Notes: generated by a model from the letters alone, not told the origin. Positions 8,576 to 18,837 are shown, counted from the first letter of the stretch. The stretch: DNA of 50,587 bases from Eubacteriales bacterium (GCA_045594545.1 JAZNYQ010000073.1:1-50587); one strand, 5' to 3'. Numbers and translations: made by a program.

Positions 8576-9742
8576 TTATATGCCTAATATTTTAAGGATA
8601 TCTAATAATTCATCCCGTGTGGTCTGCAGTTCCCATATTTTGTCGCCCGTGTCCACCAGCAGTTTGTGCTGATTGGTTATGGTAATGGTACAAGACAGTT
8701 TTGGGTTGGCGCTGATACTGCCGAGGTTACCCGCATTAACAGGACCGTGATATTCCTGCGCCGGCTGGGCGGCAATATAATCGGCAAACATAGTAATAAC
8801 CGATTTCTCGATCATCGAAGCCCGACTCATACCGAAATCAACAAACACGGCGTGCGCCTGCTTGATCTCCTGTGCGATACTCAAAGAAAATTCATCGGGG
8901 TCGGTCACCTCCACGGCGGGCTGACTCGCCCCTGCCCCGCTCGATTCCTGCGACAAATGCGCCTCGTACCCCAGCGAGAACAACCAGCTAAACAAACTAA
9001 ACACCAGCACACCGCCCACCAACAACCAAATGCGCAGATTTTGCTTCCTGTTCAGTTTCTCTTCCAGACTCTCTTTCGGCTCGTCCTCTTGGTCATCTTC
9101 AAAATTTTCCTGCAACCGCTCCAGCACACCCGCCTCTACCGATTCGGGCAACATCTCGTACATCGGCTCGGGTACGACCGCCTGTAAAGCCTCATACCTT
9201 TCCAAACAAGCCGAACAACCCTCAACGTGCACCTCAAAATCCATTCGCTCGGCGCGGGACAGTTCGTTATCCAGATAGTAAGGCATCATCTGCCGATATG
9301 TATCACAAGGATCCCCCGACGGCAGTTCGCCTATCAACGCCTCGCGGGCAGACAATAACAATTCAGCCACTTTTTCGCGCGAAATTGCCATTTTTTCGCC
9401 GATTTCCTCATAAGAAAGGTTAAAAATCTGGCGCAAAATGAGCGAAATCTGCTCATTTTCCTGCAATTTCAGCGCATTTCGATACCAATTTGGGCTCTCT
9501 TTTGGCAATTTTGCCACCAAAATACGGAAAAAAGCACGCACAACATCGGCCTCTTTCCCCACATTTCCCAGATGGAGATACCCCTCTGCAAACACATCCT
9601 GCGTACGGCGGATCGCTTCATCTGCATCCATTCCTACCTGCAAAAACACACCATAAACTGCCGACTCATAGCGGGTGATCAGATCCGCATAGGCTTTCAT
9701 GTGCCCCGCGCGGATGCGTTTTACTATATCCAGATCGGTCAA
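8576..9742 (-). CDS. ECF sigma-like domain fused to zinc anti-sigma (zf-HC2) domain, TM helix and extracytoplasmic domain
   Basis: TTG start overlapping the dusB stop with GAGAGGG SD; sigma r2-like N-terminus; r4 LSYEEIGEKMAISREKV; ZAS C...HVEGCSAC; TM WLLVGGVLVFSLFSWLF. Confidence 0.8.
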   Translation of the reverse strand: MTDLDIVKRIRAGHMKAYADLITRYESAVYGVFLQVGMDADEAIRRTQDVFAEGYLHLGNVGKEADVVRAFFRILVAKLPKESPNWYRNALKLQENEQISLILRQIFNLSYEEIGEKMAISREKVAELLLSAREALIGELPSGDPCDTYRQMMPYYLDNELSRAERMDFEVHVEGCSACLERYEALQAVVPEPMYEMLPESVEAGVLERLQENFEDDQEDEPKESLEEKLNRKQNLRIWLLVGGVLVFSLFSWLFSLGYEAHLSQESSGAGASQPAVEVTDPDEFSLSIAQEIKQAHAVFVDFGMSRASMIEKSVITMFADYIAAQPAQEYHGPVNAGNLGSISANPKLSCTITITNQHKLLVDTGDKIWELQTTRDELLDILKILGI

Positions 9743-10707
9743 AATACATCCCTCTCTTCGAATTCCTCTGTTATATACGGCTCCAGTAATTCTTCCAACT
9801 GCCGATAAGTCGTCACCCGACACACGGCATCCCGCAAGATCGCCGCATCGGAAAATCCCTTGATATACCAAGCCGAAAACTTACGGCTCTCGCACATTCC
9901 CGTGCGCTCGCCCTTATGTTCACACAACCGCTTGGCATGGAGCAGCGCCGCCGCCAGCCTGCGGTTTGCCGTAATTTCCTCGGGCGTTTCGCCCCGCGCT
10001 AAGGCTTTGAGCCGACGGAAGAGCCAAGGATCGCCCAACGTGGCCCGACCGAGCATCAGCCCCGCCGCGCCCGTATCGGCCGCCGCCACGGCACTGTCCC
10101 AATCGCGAATATCGCCGCTGATGATCACCGGCACCGACACGGCCTGTACCACCGCCTGCGCCACCGTATAGTCGGCCTTGCCGCTATACTGTTGTTTTAC
10201 CGTGCGGGGATGAACGGTCAATTCTTTAGCCCCGCTCTCCTGTAAGATCTTAGCAAATTCAGGTGCGCAAATGGACGTATGATCCCAGCCTGAACGAAAC
10301 TTCACGCTGACGGGAATCTCGGTTGCTTTCGCCACCGCCTCGCACACCCTTCCCGCCAACAGCGGATCTTTCATCAAGGCGCCGCCGTCGCCGTTGCCGA
10401 TGATCTTACCCATGGGACAGCCCATATTGATATTGATCCAATCGGGCGCATACTCGGCACAGACACGGGCGGCATAGGCCATGGTATCGGGATCGTTGCC
10501 GAAGATCTGGATATGGATCGGCCGCTCCTTTTCTGCAAATGCCATGAGCGTATGGGTTTTTTTATCTTTGTAATAGATGCCTCTGGAACTGACCATTTCG
10601 GAATAGGTCACATCCGCCCCGCAATCCCGCACGATCCGGCGGGTGGTAGCATCGGTGATTCCGGCCATGGGCGCCATATGCAGAGGCGGCAAAATAAATT
10701 TCTCCAT
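9739..10707 (-). CDS. dusB: tRNA-dihydrouridine synthase DusB
   Basis: APMAGITD, ININMGCP, PVSVKFRSGWD, HPRT, GLMLGRA. Confidence 0.95.
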   Translation of the reverse strand: MEKFILPPLHMAPMAGITDATTRRIVRDCGADVTYSEMVSSRGIYYKDKKTHTLMAFAEKERPIHIQIFGNDPDTMAYAARVCAEYAPDWININMGCPMGKIIGNGDGGALMKDPLLAGRVCEAVAKATEIPVSVKFRSGWDHTSICAPEFAKILQESGAKELTVHPRTVKQQYSGKADYTVAQAVVQAVSVPVIISGDIRDWDSAVAAADTGAAGLMLGRATLGDPWLFRRLKALARGETPEEITANRRLAAALLHAKRLCEHKGERTGMCESRKFSAWYIKGFSDAAILRDAVCRVTTYRQLEELLEPYITEEFEERDVF

Positions 10708-10767
10708 CTCATGCTCCGTTTTCTTATACTACAAGCCATTGTAGCACAAAAAACAAAAGAAAGCAAT

Positions 10768-10797
10768 AAATAAGACAGGGATAACCCTGTCTTATTT
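10768..10797 (-). terminator. Intrinsic terminator after the PIG-L gene
   Basis: AAATAAGACAGGG/CCCTGTCTTATTT inverted repeat. Confidence 0.75.
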
Positions 10798-10799
10798 GT

Positions 10800-11645
10800 T
10801 CATTCGATCCATAAGGCTTTTTTCAGTTCTTCGGTCAGCGGTGAACCGTACTCGCACAGTTCATAGCCCTCGGCGTAGCGGATCTTGCTGCCTCTCTCCT
10901 GCCCGTATCTGGCAATCAGTTCCTTACGGAAATAGGCGGCTTCCTGCGCATACTGCACGGCATAGCCTCTTGTGGCGGCCATGACTTCCTCGTCGGTCGT
11001 ATCCGCGGTGATGTCCATGCCCTTAAGCCACGCGAAACGCTCGGCGGGATCGGCGGGCACTTCCTCACCAAAGGTGTACGGAAGCCACTCATAGACCTGC
11101 GACACATTCAGATCGGCAATTTTGAGCTTGGTATCGACCTCATCGTCGATATCCAGCACAAAGTCGGCACGGAACGGGGGGTTGCTGAAATGGTCGGCAT
11201 TATACATAATCACCGGCATTTGGCGCATGGCAGGAGCATCGGGGCAGGTATGCGGCACGATCAGAACATAAGATGCGTCCTGCACCAACTGTCCGGCGGC
11301 TCTATGGTCGGTATGGTAATCGTTGGGGCGATGGGTAATGATCAGATCGGGAGCAAAAGCGCGGATATAACGGATGAGCCGATCGCGGGTCTCCAGATCC
11401 GCTGTCAGCGTACAGTCATCAATATCCCACACATCATACGTCACGCCGAGAAGCTTGGCAACCGCCGCCGATTCTTTGGCGCGGGTTGCGGTCGTTTCCT
11501 TGGGCGAGAGAATATGATGACCGCCGCAACCGTTACACATACTTAAAAACCGAACTTCATAGCCCATTTTGACATATTTATGAGCCAGACCGCCGCAACG
11601 GAACTCGTTATCGTCCTGATGGGCGCCAATCATTAAAATCTTCAT
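10800..11645 (-). CDS. PIG-L/LmbE family deacetylase
   Basis: GAHQDDNE (HxDD) and DYHTDH motifs. Confidence 0.9.
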   Translation of the reverse strand: MKILMIGAHQDDNEFRCGGLAHKYVKMGYEVRFLSMCNGCGGHHILSPKETTATRAKESAAVAKLLGVTYDVWDIDDCTLTADLETRDRLIRYIRAFAPDLIITHRPNDYHTDHRAAGQLVQDASYVLIVPHTCPDAPAMRQMPVIMYNADHFSNPPFRADFVLDIDDEVDTKLKIADLNVSQVYEWLPYTFGEEVPADPAERFAWLKGMDITADTTDEEVMAATRGYAVQYAQEAAYFRKELIARYGQERGSKIRYAEGYELCEYGSPLTEELKKALWIE

Positions 11646-11700
11646 TTTTTCACCTTTCTACAGATAAACTTGACTTTTTCGGTGTTTTATTATATAAATT

Positions 11701-11716
11701 TTTTAGTACAATTTTG
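11701..11716. promoter_or_regulatory. Putative AraC-family operator, copy 1
   Basis: TTTTAGTACAATTTTG; 15/16 match to the copy at 13566-13581. Confidence 0.55.
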
Positions 11717-11738
11717 CGAAAGCGGAAAGAGGCCGAGC

Positions 11739-12572
11739 ATGAACGATCTGTCCTTATACGAAAAGATTGCGCCGTTAGCCGGAAATTATCCGGTCAAACT
11801 GCATATACAGGATGCGCGCGAGACCATTGATGCCCACTGGCATGAATATCTGGAAATTCTCTTTTTCCGAACGGATGGCTGTACCGTATGGTGCGCCTCT
11901 CAGCGGATCACGCCTCAGCGCGGGGACTGCGTTATCGTCAACTGCAATCAGCTACATTCCATAACCCCTCACACATCGGGAGATTATTACTGCCTGATGA
12001 TCAATCCCTCTTTTTTTGCCGATGTATCGTTCAAAAATATCCTACTCCAAAATCTGATTGTGAAGGATACTCGGATACAGGATTGTTTGGATCGGATCTT
12101 TTGCGAAAAAGAGGAGATGCGGGATGGGTATGATATGGAGATCAAGAGCCTGACCTACCATCTGATTACCTACATTTTACGCCATCACAAAACCGAGCAA
12201 CTATCCGAACATGAGGCGCTGGGACGAAAACACAAGACCCACATTATCGGTGAGGTATTACAGTACATATCCCAGAATTATCACAATCCCTTATCCACGG
12301 CAGGATTGGCCGAGCAATTCCACCTGAATGAATATTACTTTTGCAATCTGTTCAAGAGCCAGACAGGACAGTCCCCCATCCACTACATCAACCGTTATCG
12401 CATTGATAAGGCGATGGTACTGCTCAAGAACTCCAGCCGTAACATTACCGAGATTGCGTCCAGCGTTGGGTTTGAAAACCCGAACTACTTTTCAAGAACC
12501 TTCCGTCAATACACGGGCACCACGCCCAGAGCCTATAAAAAGTCCGGCGACTCAGTTACACTCAGCGACTAA
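11739..12572 (+). CDS. AraC family transcriptional regulator (cupin + HTH)
   Basis: HWHEYLEI cupin; C-terminal [28 protein letters not shown]; start at MNDLS behind GAAAGAGG. Confidence 0.95.
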   Translation: MNDLSLYEKIAPLAGNYPVKLHIQDARETIDAHWHEYLEILFFRTDGCTVWCASQRITPQRGDCVIVNCNQLHSITPHTSGDYYCLMINPSFFADVSFKNILLQNLIVKDTRIQDCLDRIFCEKEEMRDGYDMEIKSLTYHLITYILRHHKTEQLSEHEALGRKHKTHIIGEVLQYISQNYHNPLSTAGLAEQFHLNEYYFCNLFKSQTGQSPIHYINRYRIDKAMVLLKNSSRNITEIASSVGFENPNYFSRTFRQYTGTTPRAYKKSGDSVTLSD

Positions 12573-13490
12573 CGGACCGGCCAATTCTTTCAGATAGAAG
12601 AGTTTGCCGGGGAGGGTGGGCATATAAGTAGAGGTAATATTCATATCGGGACCGTAGTGAAGCGTAGTCAGGAAGCTCATACCCTGCCAGCCCATGCCGC
12701 GACCCAATGAACCGTCGGCACCGCCAATAATATAGTCAGCCTGCAGGAACAGACCGGGGCCCACCGTATTGGCACGGCAAGGAACCAGCGTGGTTCTGCT
12801 CTTAAAACTGGTAATGGCATTCTGCTCAATGGTGAGCGGATGCAACTGAGCGGCAATGCGGTAATTCTGCGCTTTCCATTCGGCTTCCGAAGCAAATTCG
12901 GCGGCAAAATGAGGCTCCCAGAACGCGATATGACACATTCTGCCGATCCCGAATACCAGCACGAGTTTTGCGCCTTCTGCTTTCAGTGCGGCGATCTTTT
13001 CCGGATAGGTAGGCAGGTTGTCCTTTGTTGCAAAATTTCTCTGATTGGCAGGGACAGTCAGCTCACCGAGTTTATCAAAGAAAGCCTGTTTCATGCTATA
13101 TTCAAAAGAAGCGGGATTATCGGATGAGAGGGTATTGCCCTGTGCATCCGACCACTCGTCCATATTGAAGGTATAGACATGCTTGCAATCGACCTGCCAC
13201 TGGGTCAGAAAATAGACGGCCCACTTATACATACCCATCGGACCTACGGGCAGGATCATGGCCAGTTTCCGGCCGTCATCTTTTGCTTTTTTGATCTGGA
13301 GCGCAATTTCGTGACCCATATAGGTATCAAAATCGTTGATATTTTCGCAGGCCACGGGGGTGAAATCCTTATGCCAAAATTCTTCTCTTGCGACGCCTTT
13401 TTCGCAACACTCGTCAATTTTCTTCATGTCCCAACCTGCGGGGTAGAAATTCTCAAGCAGGGAACCCTGTACGGTAGATAAAAAATCCAT
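12552..13490 (-). CDS. Divergent glucosamine-6-phosphate isomerase/deaminase (NagB-like)
   Basis: FNMDEW and [13 protein letters not shown] resemble NagB motifs; start MDFLS behind AAGGAGTG. Confidence 0.8.
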   Translation of the reverse strand: MDFLSTVQGSLLENFYPAGWDMKKIDECCEKGVAREEFWHKDFTPVACENINDFDTYMGHEIALQIKKAKDDGRKLAMILPVGPMGMYKWAVYFLTQWQVDCKHVYTFNMDEWSDAQGNTLSSDNPASFEYSMKQAFFDKLGELTVPANQRNFATKDNLPTYPEKIAALKAEGAKLVLVFGIGRMCHIAFWEPHFAAEFASEAEWKAQNYRIAAQLHPLTIEQNAITSFKSRTTLVPCRANTVGPGLFLQADYIIGGADGSLGRGMGWQGMSFLTTLHYGPDMNITSTYMPTLPGKLFYLKELAGPLVAECN

Positions 13491-13565
13491 GATGATCACT
13501 CCTTTTCTTTTATACAAATATTATACAAAGGATCAACAAGCTAAATCTATACGATATTTAAGGAG

Positions 13566-13581
13566 TTTTAGCACAATTTTG
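13566..13581. promoter_or_regulatory. Putative AraC-family operator, copy 2
   Basis: TTTTAGCACAATTTTG upstream of the NagB-like gene, same orientation as copy 1. Confidence 0.55.
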
Positions 13582-13617
13582 AGTTAATTAAAAAGAGACG
13601 CTCGCGATATGAGCGTC

Positions 13618-13827
13618 TCATTTTCTTTTTTTACGACTCCACAGCAATCCGCCGCGCTTAGGGGGTTGGATCTTTTCTCCGATGATCCGACCTGCCTCCT
13701 TGAGCAGTTGTTCCTGGTCGATACCCTTACGGGAGGCGGAGACCCGCACAAAGACAATAGCCTGTTCGATCCATTCACTATCCTGCGGTTGTACTACGAT
13801 TACCTGCCGACTCAATCCCTTAATCAT
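13618..13827 (-). CDS. Small conserved clostridial hypothetical protein (69 aa), possibly forespore-expressed
   Basis: AAGGAG SD, downstream hairpin, upstream sigma-F/G-like promoter GAATA-15-GGTAACAATG (13859-13888). Confidence 0.7.
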   Translation of the reverse strand: MIKGLSRQVIVVQPQDSEWIEQAIVFVRVSASRKGIDQEQLLKEAGRIIGEKIQPPKRGGLLWSRKKRK

Positions 13828-13979
13828 ATTCCCTGCTCCTTTTATGTGTCTGTATGAGCATTGTTACCGCTTTTTTTGTTTTTTATTCGGTGGTTTTCTA
13901 TCTTTTGTGGTTGCATTATACGGCGTTTTGGGCTATACTATTATAATGAAGTTAAGTATAGTTTATGGAGGATCATGCC

Positions 13980-15026
13980 ATGAGAAAGGTTCTTGTGATC
14001 TTTGGCGGAGTATCGCCCGAACATGAAGTATCCCGCCGTTCTGCTGCGGCGGTTCTTGAACATATTGACCGAGAGAAAAATCAAGTGCATACGGTAGGTA
14101 TTACCAAGGATGGCCGCTGGTTATACACCACCGCATCTCCTAAAGATATTGCCGAGGGTAGTTGGGAGAATCAGCCCAACCGTCCCGCTCTTTTATCCTG
14201 CGACCGTGCTCAGCGCGGGCTGATGATTCTGGAGCAAGGCAAGACCATGCTTATCCCTCTTGATGTTGTGATGCCCATGCTGCACGGCGAGAACGGCGAA
14301 GACGGCCGTTTACAGGGCTTATTGGAGTTGGCAGACATTCCGTTTGTCGGCCCCGGTATGCGAGCCAGCGCCAACGGCATGGATAAGGCAACAACCAAGA
14401 TCGTACTGGCCAGTGCAGGAATCCGTCAGGCCGATTATCTGATCTTCCGCAACGGCACCGATATGGAGCGGATGGTGTCTCAGGTAGAGAGCAAGTTTGT
14501 ATATCCTGTATTTGTTAAGCCGTCCTCAACCGGCTCGTCTTGCGGCGTATCGAAAGCCCGCAACAAAACGGAGCTGATCACGGCCATCAATGAGGCGTTT
14601 CGTTTTGACAACAAGATTTTAGTGGAAGAATTTATCGCAGGGCGCGAGATTGAGGTTGCGGTATTCGGTGACCGTCAGGGCACTTACGCATCGGTATGCG
14701 GAGAGATTGATCCGGGTGCCGATTTCTACGATTACAACGCCAAGTACATTGATGATACCTCCACCTGCCATATTCCCGCCGATCTGCCCGAAGCGACGGC
14801 ACAGGGTATTCGCCGCACGGCCATTGAGGCCTTTGAAACCTTGGAGTGCAAGGGACAATCCCGTGTCGATTTCTTTGCCTTGGAAGACGGCAGTTTTGTA
14901 CTCAACGAGATCAACACGTTACCCGGATTTACCAGCATCAGCATGTATCCGAAGCTGATGATGTATTCACAAAATCTCACCTATGCCCAGCTGATCGAGA
15001 AGATGCTGGCGGGTGCGGAGGACTGA
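13980..15026 (+). CDS. ddl: D-alanine--D-alanine ligase
   Basis: FGGVSPEHEVS, HGENGEDG, GSSCG, FYDYNAKY, NEINTLPGFT. Confidence 0.96.
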   Translation: MRKVLVIFGGVSPEHEVSRRSAAAVLEHIDREKNQVHTVGITKDGRWLYTTASPKDIAEGSWENQPNRPALLSCDRAQRGLMILEQGKTMLIPLDVVMPMLHGENGEDGRLQGLLELADIPFVGPGMRASANGMDKATTKIVLASAGIRQADYLIFRNGTDMERMVSQVESKFVYPVFVKPSSTGSSCGVSKARNKTELITAINEAFRFDNKILVEEFIAGREIEVAVFGDRQGTYASVCGEIDPGADFYDYNAKYIDDTSTCHIPADLPEATAQGIRRTAIEAFETLECKGQSRVDFFALEDGSFVLNEINTLPGFTSISMYPKLMMYSQNLTYAQLIEKMLAGAED

Positions 15027-15027
15027 T

Positions 15028-15837
15028 ATGGAACAAAAGAAACGCCCGATCGGCGTCTTTGATTCGGGGCTGGGCGGCTTGACTTGTATGCGGGAACTGA
15101 TGCGGGTTCTGCCGCATGAGGATATCCTCTATCTGGGGGATACCGGCCGTGTCCCCTACGGCACGCGCAGTAATGATACCATTATCAAGTACACTCTACA
15201 AGACATCGCATTTTTGACAAAATTTGATGTTAAATACATTGTCATTGCCTGCGGCACCGTTTCCTCGGTGGCCTTGGATCGCATTGATAAGACCGGTCTG
15301 TGCCCAATTGTAGGCGTAGTAGACAGTGCAGTAGACGCCGCTCTTGCCGCAACCAAGGCGGGACGCATCGGTGTGCTGGGCACACCGGCGACGATTGCCA
15401 GCGGTTCCTATGTTAAGAAACTCAAGGCGAAAGCGGATGTGGACGTCGTTTCGCACGCTTGTCCGCTCTTTGTTCCCTTGGTGGAAAACGGATATACACA
15501 AAGAGACAATCCGATTTTGCGTTTAGTAGCGCAGGAATATTTGACGCCGCTTTTGGAGGCACAGGTGGACACCATTATTCTGGGTTGCACTCACTATCCC
15601 CTGCTGCGGGAGGCAATTGCCGATCTGTGTCCCGATATTACGTTGATTGACGTGGGGCAGCAGGCGGCCCTTCACGTTTCCCGTTCACTGACCGAGTCGG
15701 GGTTAGCCGCTACGCAGGGCGAGGGACAATATCGGTTTTTTGTGACCGATACGACCGAGAATTTTGCCCACTACGGTTCCCTATTCCTAAATCAGCCCAT
15801 CTGCGGGCAGGTGGAAAGGGTGGAACTGGGCGGATGA
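15028..15837 (+). CDS. murI: Glutamate racemase
   Basis: FDSGLGGLT, IACGT, LGCTHYP. Confidence 0.96.
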   Translation: MEQKKRPIGVFDSGLGGLTCMRELMRVLPHEDILYLGDTGRVPYGTRSNDTIIKYTLQDIAFLTKFDVKYIVIACGTVSSVALDRIDKTGLCPIVGVVDSAVDAALAATKAGRIGVLGTPATIASGSYVKKLKAKADVDVVSHACPLFVPLVENGYTQRDNPILRLVAQEYLTPLLEAQVDTIILGCTHYPLLREAIADLCPDITLIDVGQQAALHVSRSLTESGLAATQGEGQYRFFVTDTTENFAHYGSLFLNQPICGQVERVELGG

Positions 15838-16265
15838 ATGTATTAGTATCCATTGTCGGCACACAGAGTAACGGGCCGTCGCAGGACAGCGTAGAAATGC
15901 TGACTGAGGCGGAGATGGAACAACTGGATGAAATTACCGACATCCGTTACAAGGAGCCGGATGAGAATGGATTTGAGGAATGTCACACCCATATCCGTGT
16001 CATCGGGAATACTTGTGTTACCATTACCCGAAGCGGCCGATATGCTTCGCAACTGATTTTAGAAAAGGGACAGCGGCATCTTAACCATTACGATATGGGC
16101 TTTGGTCAGTTGGTGATGGGAGTCAGCACGTCCCGTATTGAGAACACGCTCCGTTTGGATGGTGGGGCGTTGACGGTGAATTACACACTGGAAATGAACC
16201 ATTCCCTGATCAGCAACAATCGCTTTGTGTTAAAAATTGTGGAGGTCAAACATGATAACCAATAA
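15834..16265 (+). CDS. DUF1934 family beta-barrel protein
   Basis: Size, beta-rich sequence and the conserved murI-DUF1934-argS order. Confidence 0.8.
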   Translation: MNVLVSIVGTQSNGPSQDSVEMLTEAEMEQLDEITDIRYKEPDENGFEECHTHIRVIGNTCVTITRSGRYASQLILEKGQRHLNHYDMGFGQLVMGVSTSRIENTLRLDGGALTVNYTLEMNHSLISNNRFVLKIVEVKHDNQ

Positions 16266-17946
16266 CCCGAAAAAATATATTACCGACGCCTTGCGCGAAT
16301 GTATCGTTAAGGCAACCCTCTCGGCCATGGCCGACGGGGCATTGCCGGAGTGCGATTTGCCGTCCTTTTCGATCGAGACCCCGAAAGATACCTCGCACGG
16401 GGATCTGTCGGCGAACATTGCCATGGTAGGCGCACGCAGTTTCCGTGTAGCGCCGCGTGTAGCGGCATCCGCGATTGCCCAGCGCCTTTCCTTTGACGGC
16501 ACGCCCTTTGCCCGCTGCGAAATTGCAGGACCCGGCTTTATGAATTTCTTCCTGTCGGATGAACTGACGGGGATTACGCTGGAGAGCATCCTCTCACTGG
16601 GCAAGGATTACGGCAAGACCGAGGCAGAAAACCCACAGAAGGTGATGGTAGAATTTGTTTCGGCCAACCCAACGGGGCCGATGCATATCGGTAACGCGCG
16701 CGGCGGTGTCATTGGTGACTGTTTGGCGGCTTGCCTGAGTGCCTCGGGACATGATGTGACACGTGAGTTTTATGTAAATGATGCAGGCAATCAGGTCGAA
16801 CGTTTTGCGCTGAGCATTACGGCTCGCTATCTGGAGGTTTGCGGACATGCTGATAGTCAGGTGCCGGAGGATGGGTATCATGGCGAAGACGTACTGATCC
16901 TCGCCCGTGAATTCCACAAAGAATATGGCGAAAAATATGGCGATACGGTTACCGATGAGCTGAAGAATGAACTGACCAAGTTTGGTCTGGCCCGCAATAT
17001 TGCCGCGATGCAGAAGCATTTAGGGCGGTTCGGCGTCAACTATGATGTATGGTTCTTGGAAAGCGGATTGCACGCCGGTACCGAACTTGCCGAAACAATG
17101 GATATTCTCAAATCCTCGGGCTATACCTATGAAAACGAGGGCGCGTTATGGCTTCGTACGACCGATTTCGGTTGCGAAAAGGATGATGTTCTGGTGCGTT
17201 CCAATGGCTTCTACACTTATTTTGCCGTGGATATTGCCTATCACCGCAATAAGTTTTTGGTTCGTGGATTTGACAAGGTGATCAATGTTTGGGGCGCCGA
17301 TCATCATGGGCACGTGGCTCGGCTGAAAGGTGCACTTAAGGCGCTGGGAATTGAACCGGAGCGTCTGCACGTAGTCCTGATGCAGATGGTACGCTTAATG
17401 CGTGACGGCGAACAGGTGAAAGTATCCAAGCGTTCGGGCAAGAGCATTACCTTGATCGATCTGTTGGATGAAATGCCGCTGGATTCGGCTCGGTTCTTCT
17501 TCAATCTGCGTTCGCCCGACAGTCATTTTGATGTAGATCTGGATCTGGCCATCAGCAACACTTCGCAAAATCCTGTATACTATGTGCAGTATGCGCACGC
17601 GCGTATTTGCAGTATGCTGGCCAAGATGGAGGCTGACGGTATTGATATAGATGTTACCGACGCCGATCATCATTTGCTGACCGAGCCCAGCGAGCGGCTT
17701 TTGATCGCCATGCTGGCGGAGTTCCCTGAAGTGGTCAGCAACGTAGGACTTCTGTATGACCCCTCCCTGCTCACCCGCTACAGCATTGATCTGGCAACGG
17801 CATTTCATAAGTTCTATACCGATTGCCGGTGTCATGATGCGCAGGAAGATATCCGCAAAGTGCGTATTGCTCTTTTGCTTGCCACCAAGCAAACACTGGC
17901 TAATGCCTGCGCCATGCTGGGTATTGATGCTCCCGAAAAAATGTAA
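16252..17946 (+). CDS. argS: Arginine--tRNA ligase
   Basis: EFVSANPTGPMHIGNAR, WGADHHG, YYVQYAHARI, APEKM C-terminus. Confidence 0.97.
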   Translation: MITNNPKKYITDALRECIVKATLSAMADGALPECDLPSFSIETPKDTSHGDLSANIAMVGARSFRVAPRVAASAIAQRLSFDGTPFARCEIAGPGFMNFFLSDELTGITLESILSLGKDYGKTEAENPQKVMVEFVSANPTGPMHIGNARGGVIGDCLAACLSASGHDVTREFYVNDAGNQVERFALSITARYLEVCGHADSQVPEDGYHGEDVLILAREFHKEYGEKYGDTVTDELKNELTKFGLARNIAAMQKHLGRFGVNYDVWFLESGLHAGTELAETMDILKSSGYTYENEGALWLRTTDFGCEKDDVLVRSNGFYTYFAVDIAYHRNKFLVRGFDKVINVWGADHHGHVARLKGALKALGIEPERLHVVLMQMVRLMRDGEQVKVSKRSGKSITLIDLLDEMPLDSARFFFNLRSPDSHFDVDLDLAISNTSQNPVYYVQYAHARICSMLAKMEADGIDIDVTDADHHLLTEPSERLLIAMLAEFPEVVSNVGLLYDPSLLTRYSIDLATAFHKFYTDCRCHDAQEDIRKVRIALLLATKQTLANACAMLGIDAPEKM

Positions 17947-17948
17947 AA

Positions 17949-17979
17949 GATATCCCGGCAAATTCTGCCGGGATATTTT
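17949..17979 (+). terminator. Terminator after argS
   Basis: ATATCCCGGCA/TGCCGGGATAT followed by TTT. Confidence 0.7.
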
Positions 17980-17993
17980 GCAAAGGAGATACT

Positions 17994-18836
17994 ATGAAAC
18001 GAAAACGATGGCTATGGCTTGTGGTGGCGATCGTTATCTTGTTGGCGACGGGCGGATGGATCCTTTGGGAAAATCAATCTCCTATGCTGACAAAAACAAC
18101 GGTTGTCTGTGCTGACACACCAGAAGAACTGGTTGGACTACGCATCGCCCATATTTCTGACTTTCACAATACGAAATATCCGGATGACGGGCAATCCATG
18201 ATCGAAAGCATCAAGCAAGAACAGCCTCATCTGATAGCGATTACCGGTGATCTGATCGACTCCTACGCCACGGATTGTGAAAGGTCTCTAAACTTTACAC
18301 AAAGGCTTGTTGAGATTGCACCTGTCTATTATGTAACCGGCAACCACGAGGGGCGTCTGGATGACATCTATCCCGATTTTGAGGCCAAACTCACCAAACA
18401 AGGGGTGCACGTTCTGCGGAACCGACAGGAATTGATTGAATACAACGGCTATTCCTTCCGTATCGTCGGCATCGATGATCCACGATTTGCCAGTGAGAAA
18501 TCGGCAGAAGAAGAAGCTTTACTCCTTCACTACATTTCCCAATTTGAAGTAGAAACGGCCCCCTTTACACTCATGCTTGCCCATCGTCCGGAGGGCTTTG
18601 ATGCATACTGTGACGCCAAGATAGACTTAGTATTGACCGGACACAATCACGGCGGTATCGTTCGCATTCCTTTTCTGGGCGGGCTTTATGCAGAGGGAGA
18701 ACTGTTTCCCGAACACGACAGCGGACTTTTCAATGAGGATCAAACGGTTATGTTTGTCCATCGAGGAAGCGGGAATAATTCAGTAACCTTTCGAGTCAAT
18801 AATCGTCCCGAGGTCGTTATTCTTACGTTGGCATAA
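17994..18836 (+). CDS. Membrane-anchored metallophosphoesterase (YkuE-like)
   Basis: N-terminal TM; DFH, TGD, GNHE, GHNHGG motifs. Confidence 0.9.
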   Translation: MKRKRWLWLVVAIVILLATGGWILWENQSPMLTKTTVVCADTPEELVGLRIAHISDFHNTKYPDDGQSMIESIKQEQPHLIAITGDLIDSYATDCERSLNFTQRLVEIAPVYYVTGNHEGRLDDIYPDFEAKLTKQGVHVLRNRQELIEYNGYSFRIVGIDDPRFASEKSAEEEALLLHYISQFEVETAPFTLMLAHRPEGFDAYCDAKIDLVLTGHNHGGIVRIPFLGGLYAEGELFPEHDSGLFNEDQTVMFVHRGSGNNSVTFRVNNRPEVVILTLA

Positions 18837-18837
18837 A

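Noticed and set aside
13980-15026. Van-type D-Ala-D-Lac/D-Ser ligase
   Set aside because: The omega loop has YDYNAKY typical of D-Ala-D-Ala ligases, and the context is housekeeping with no van genes.
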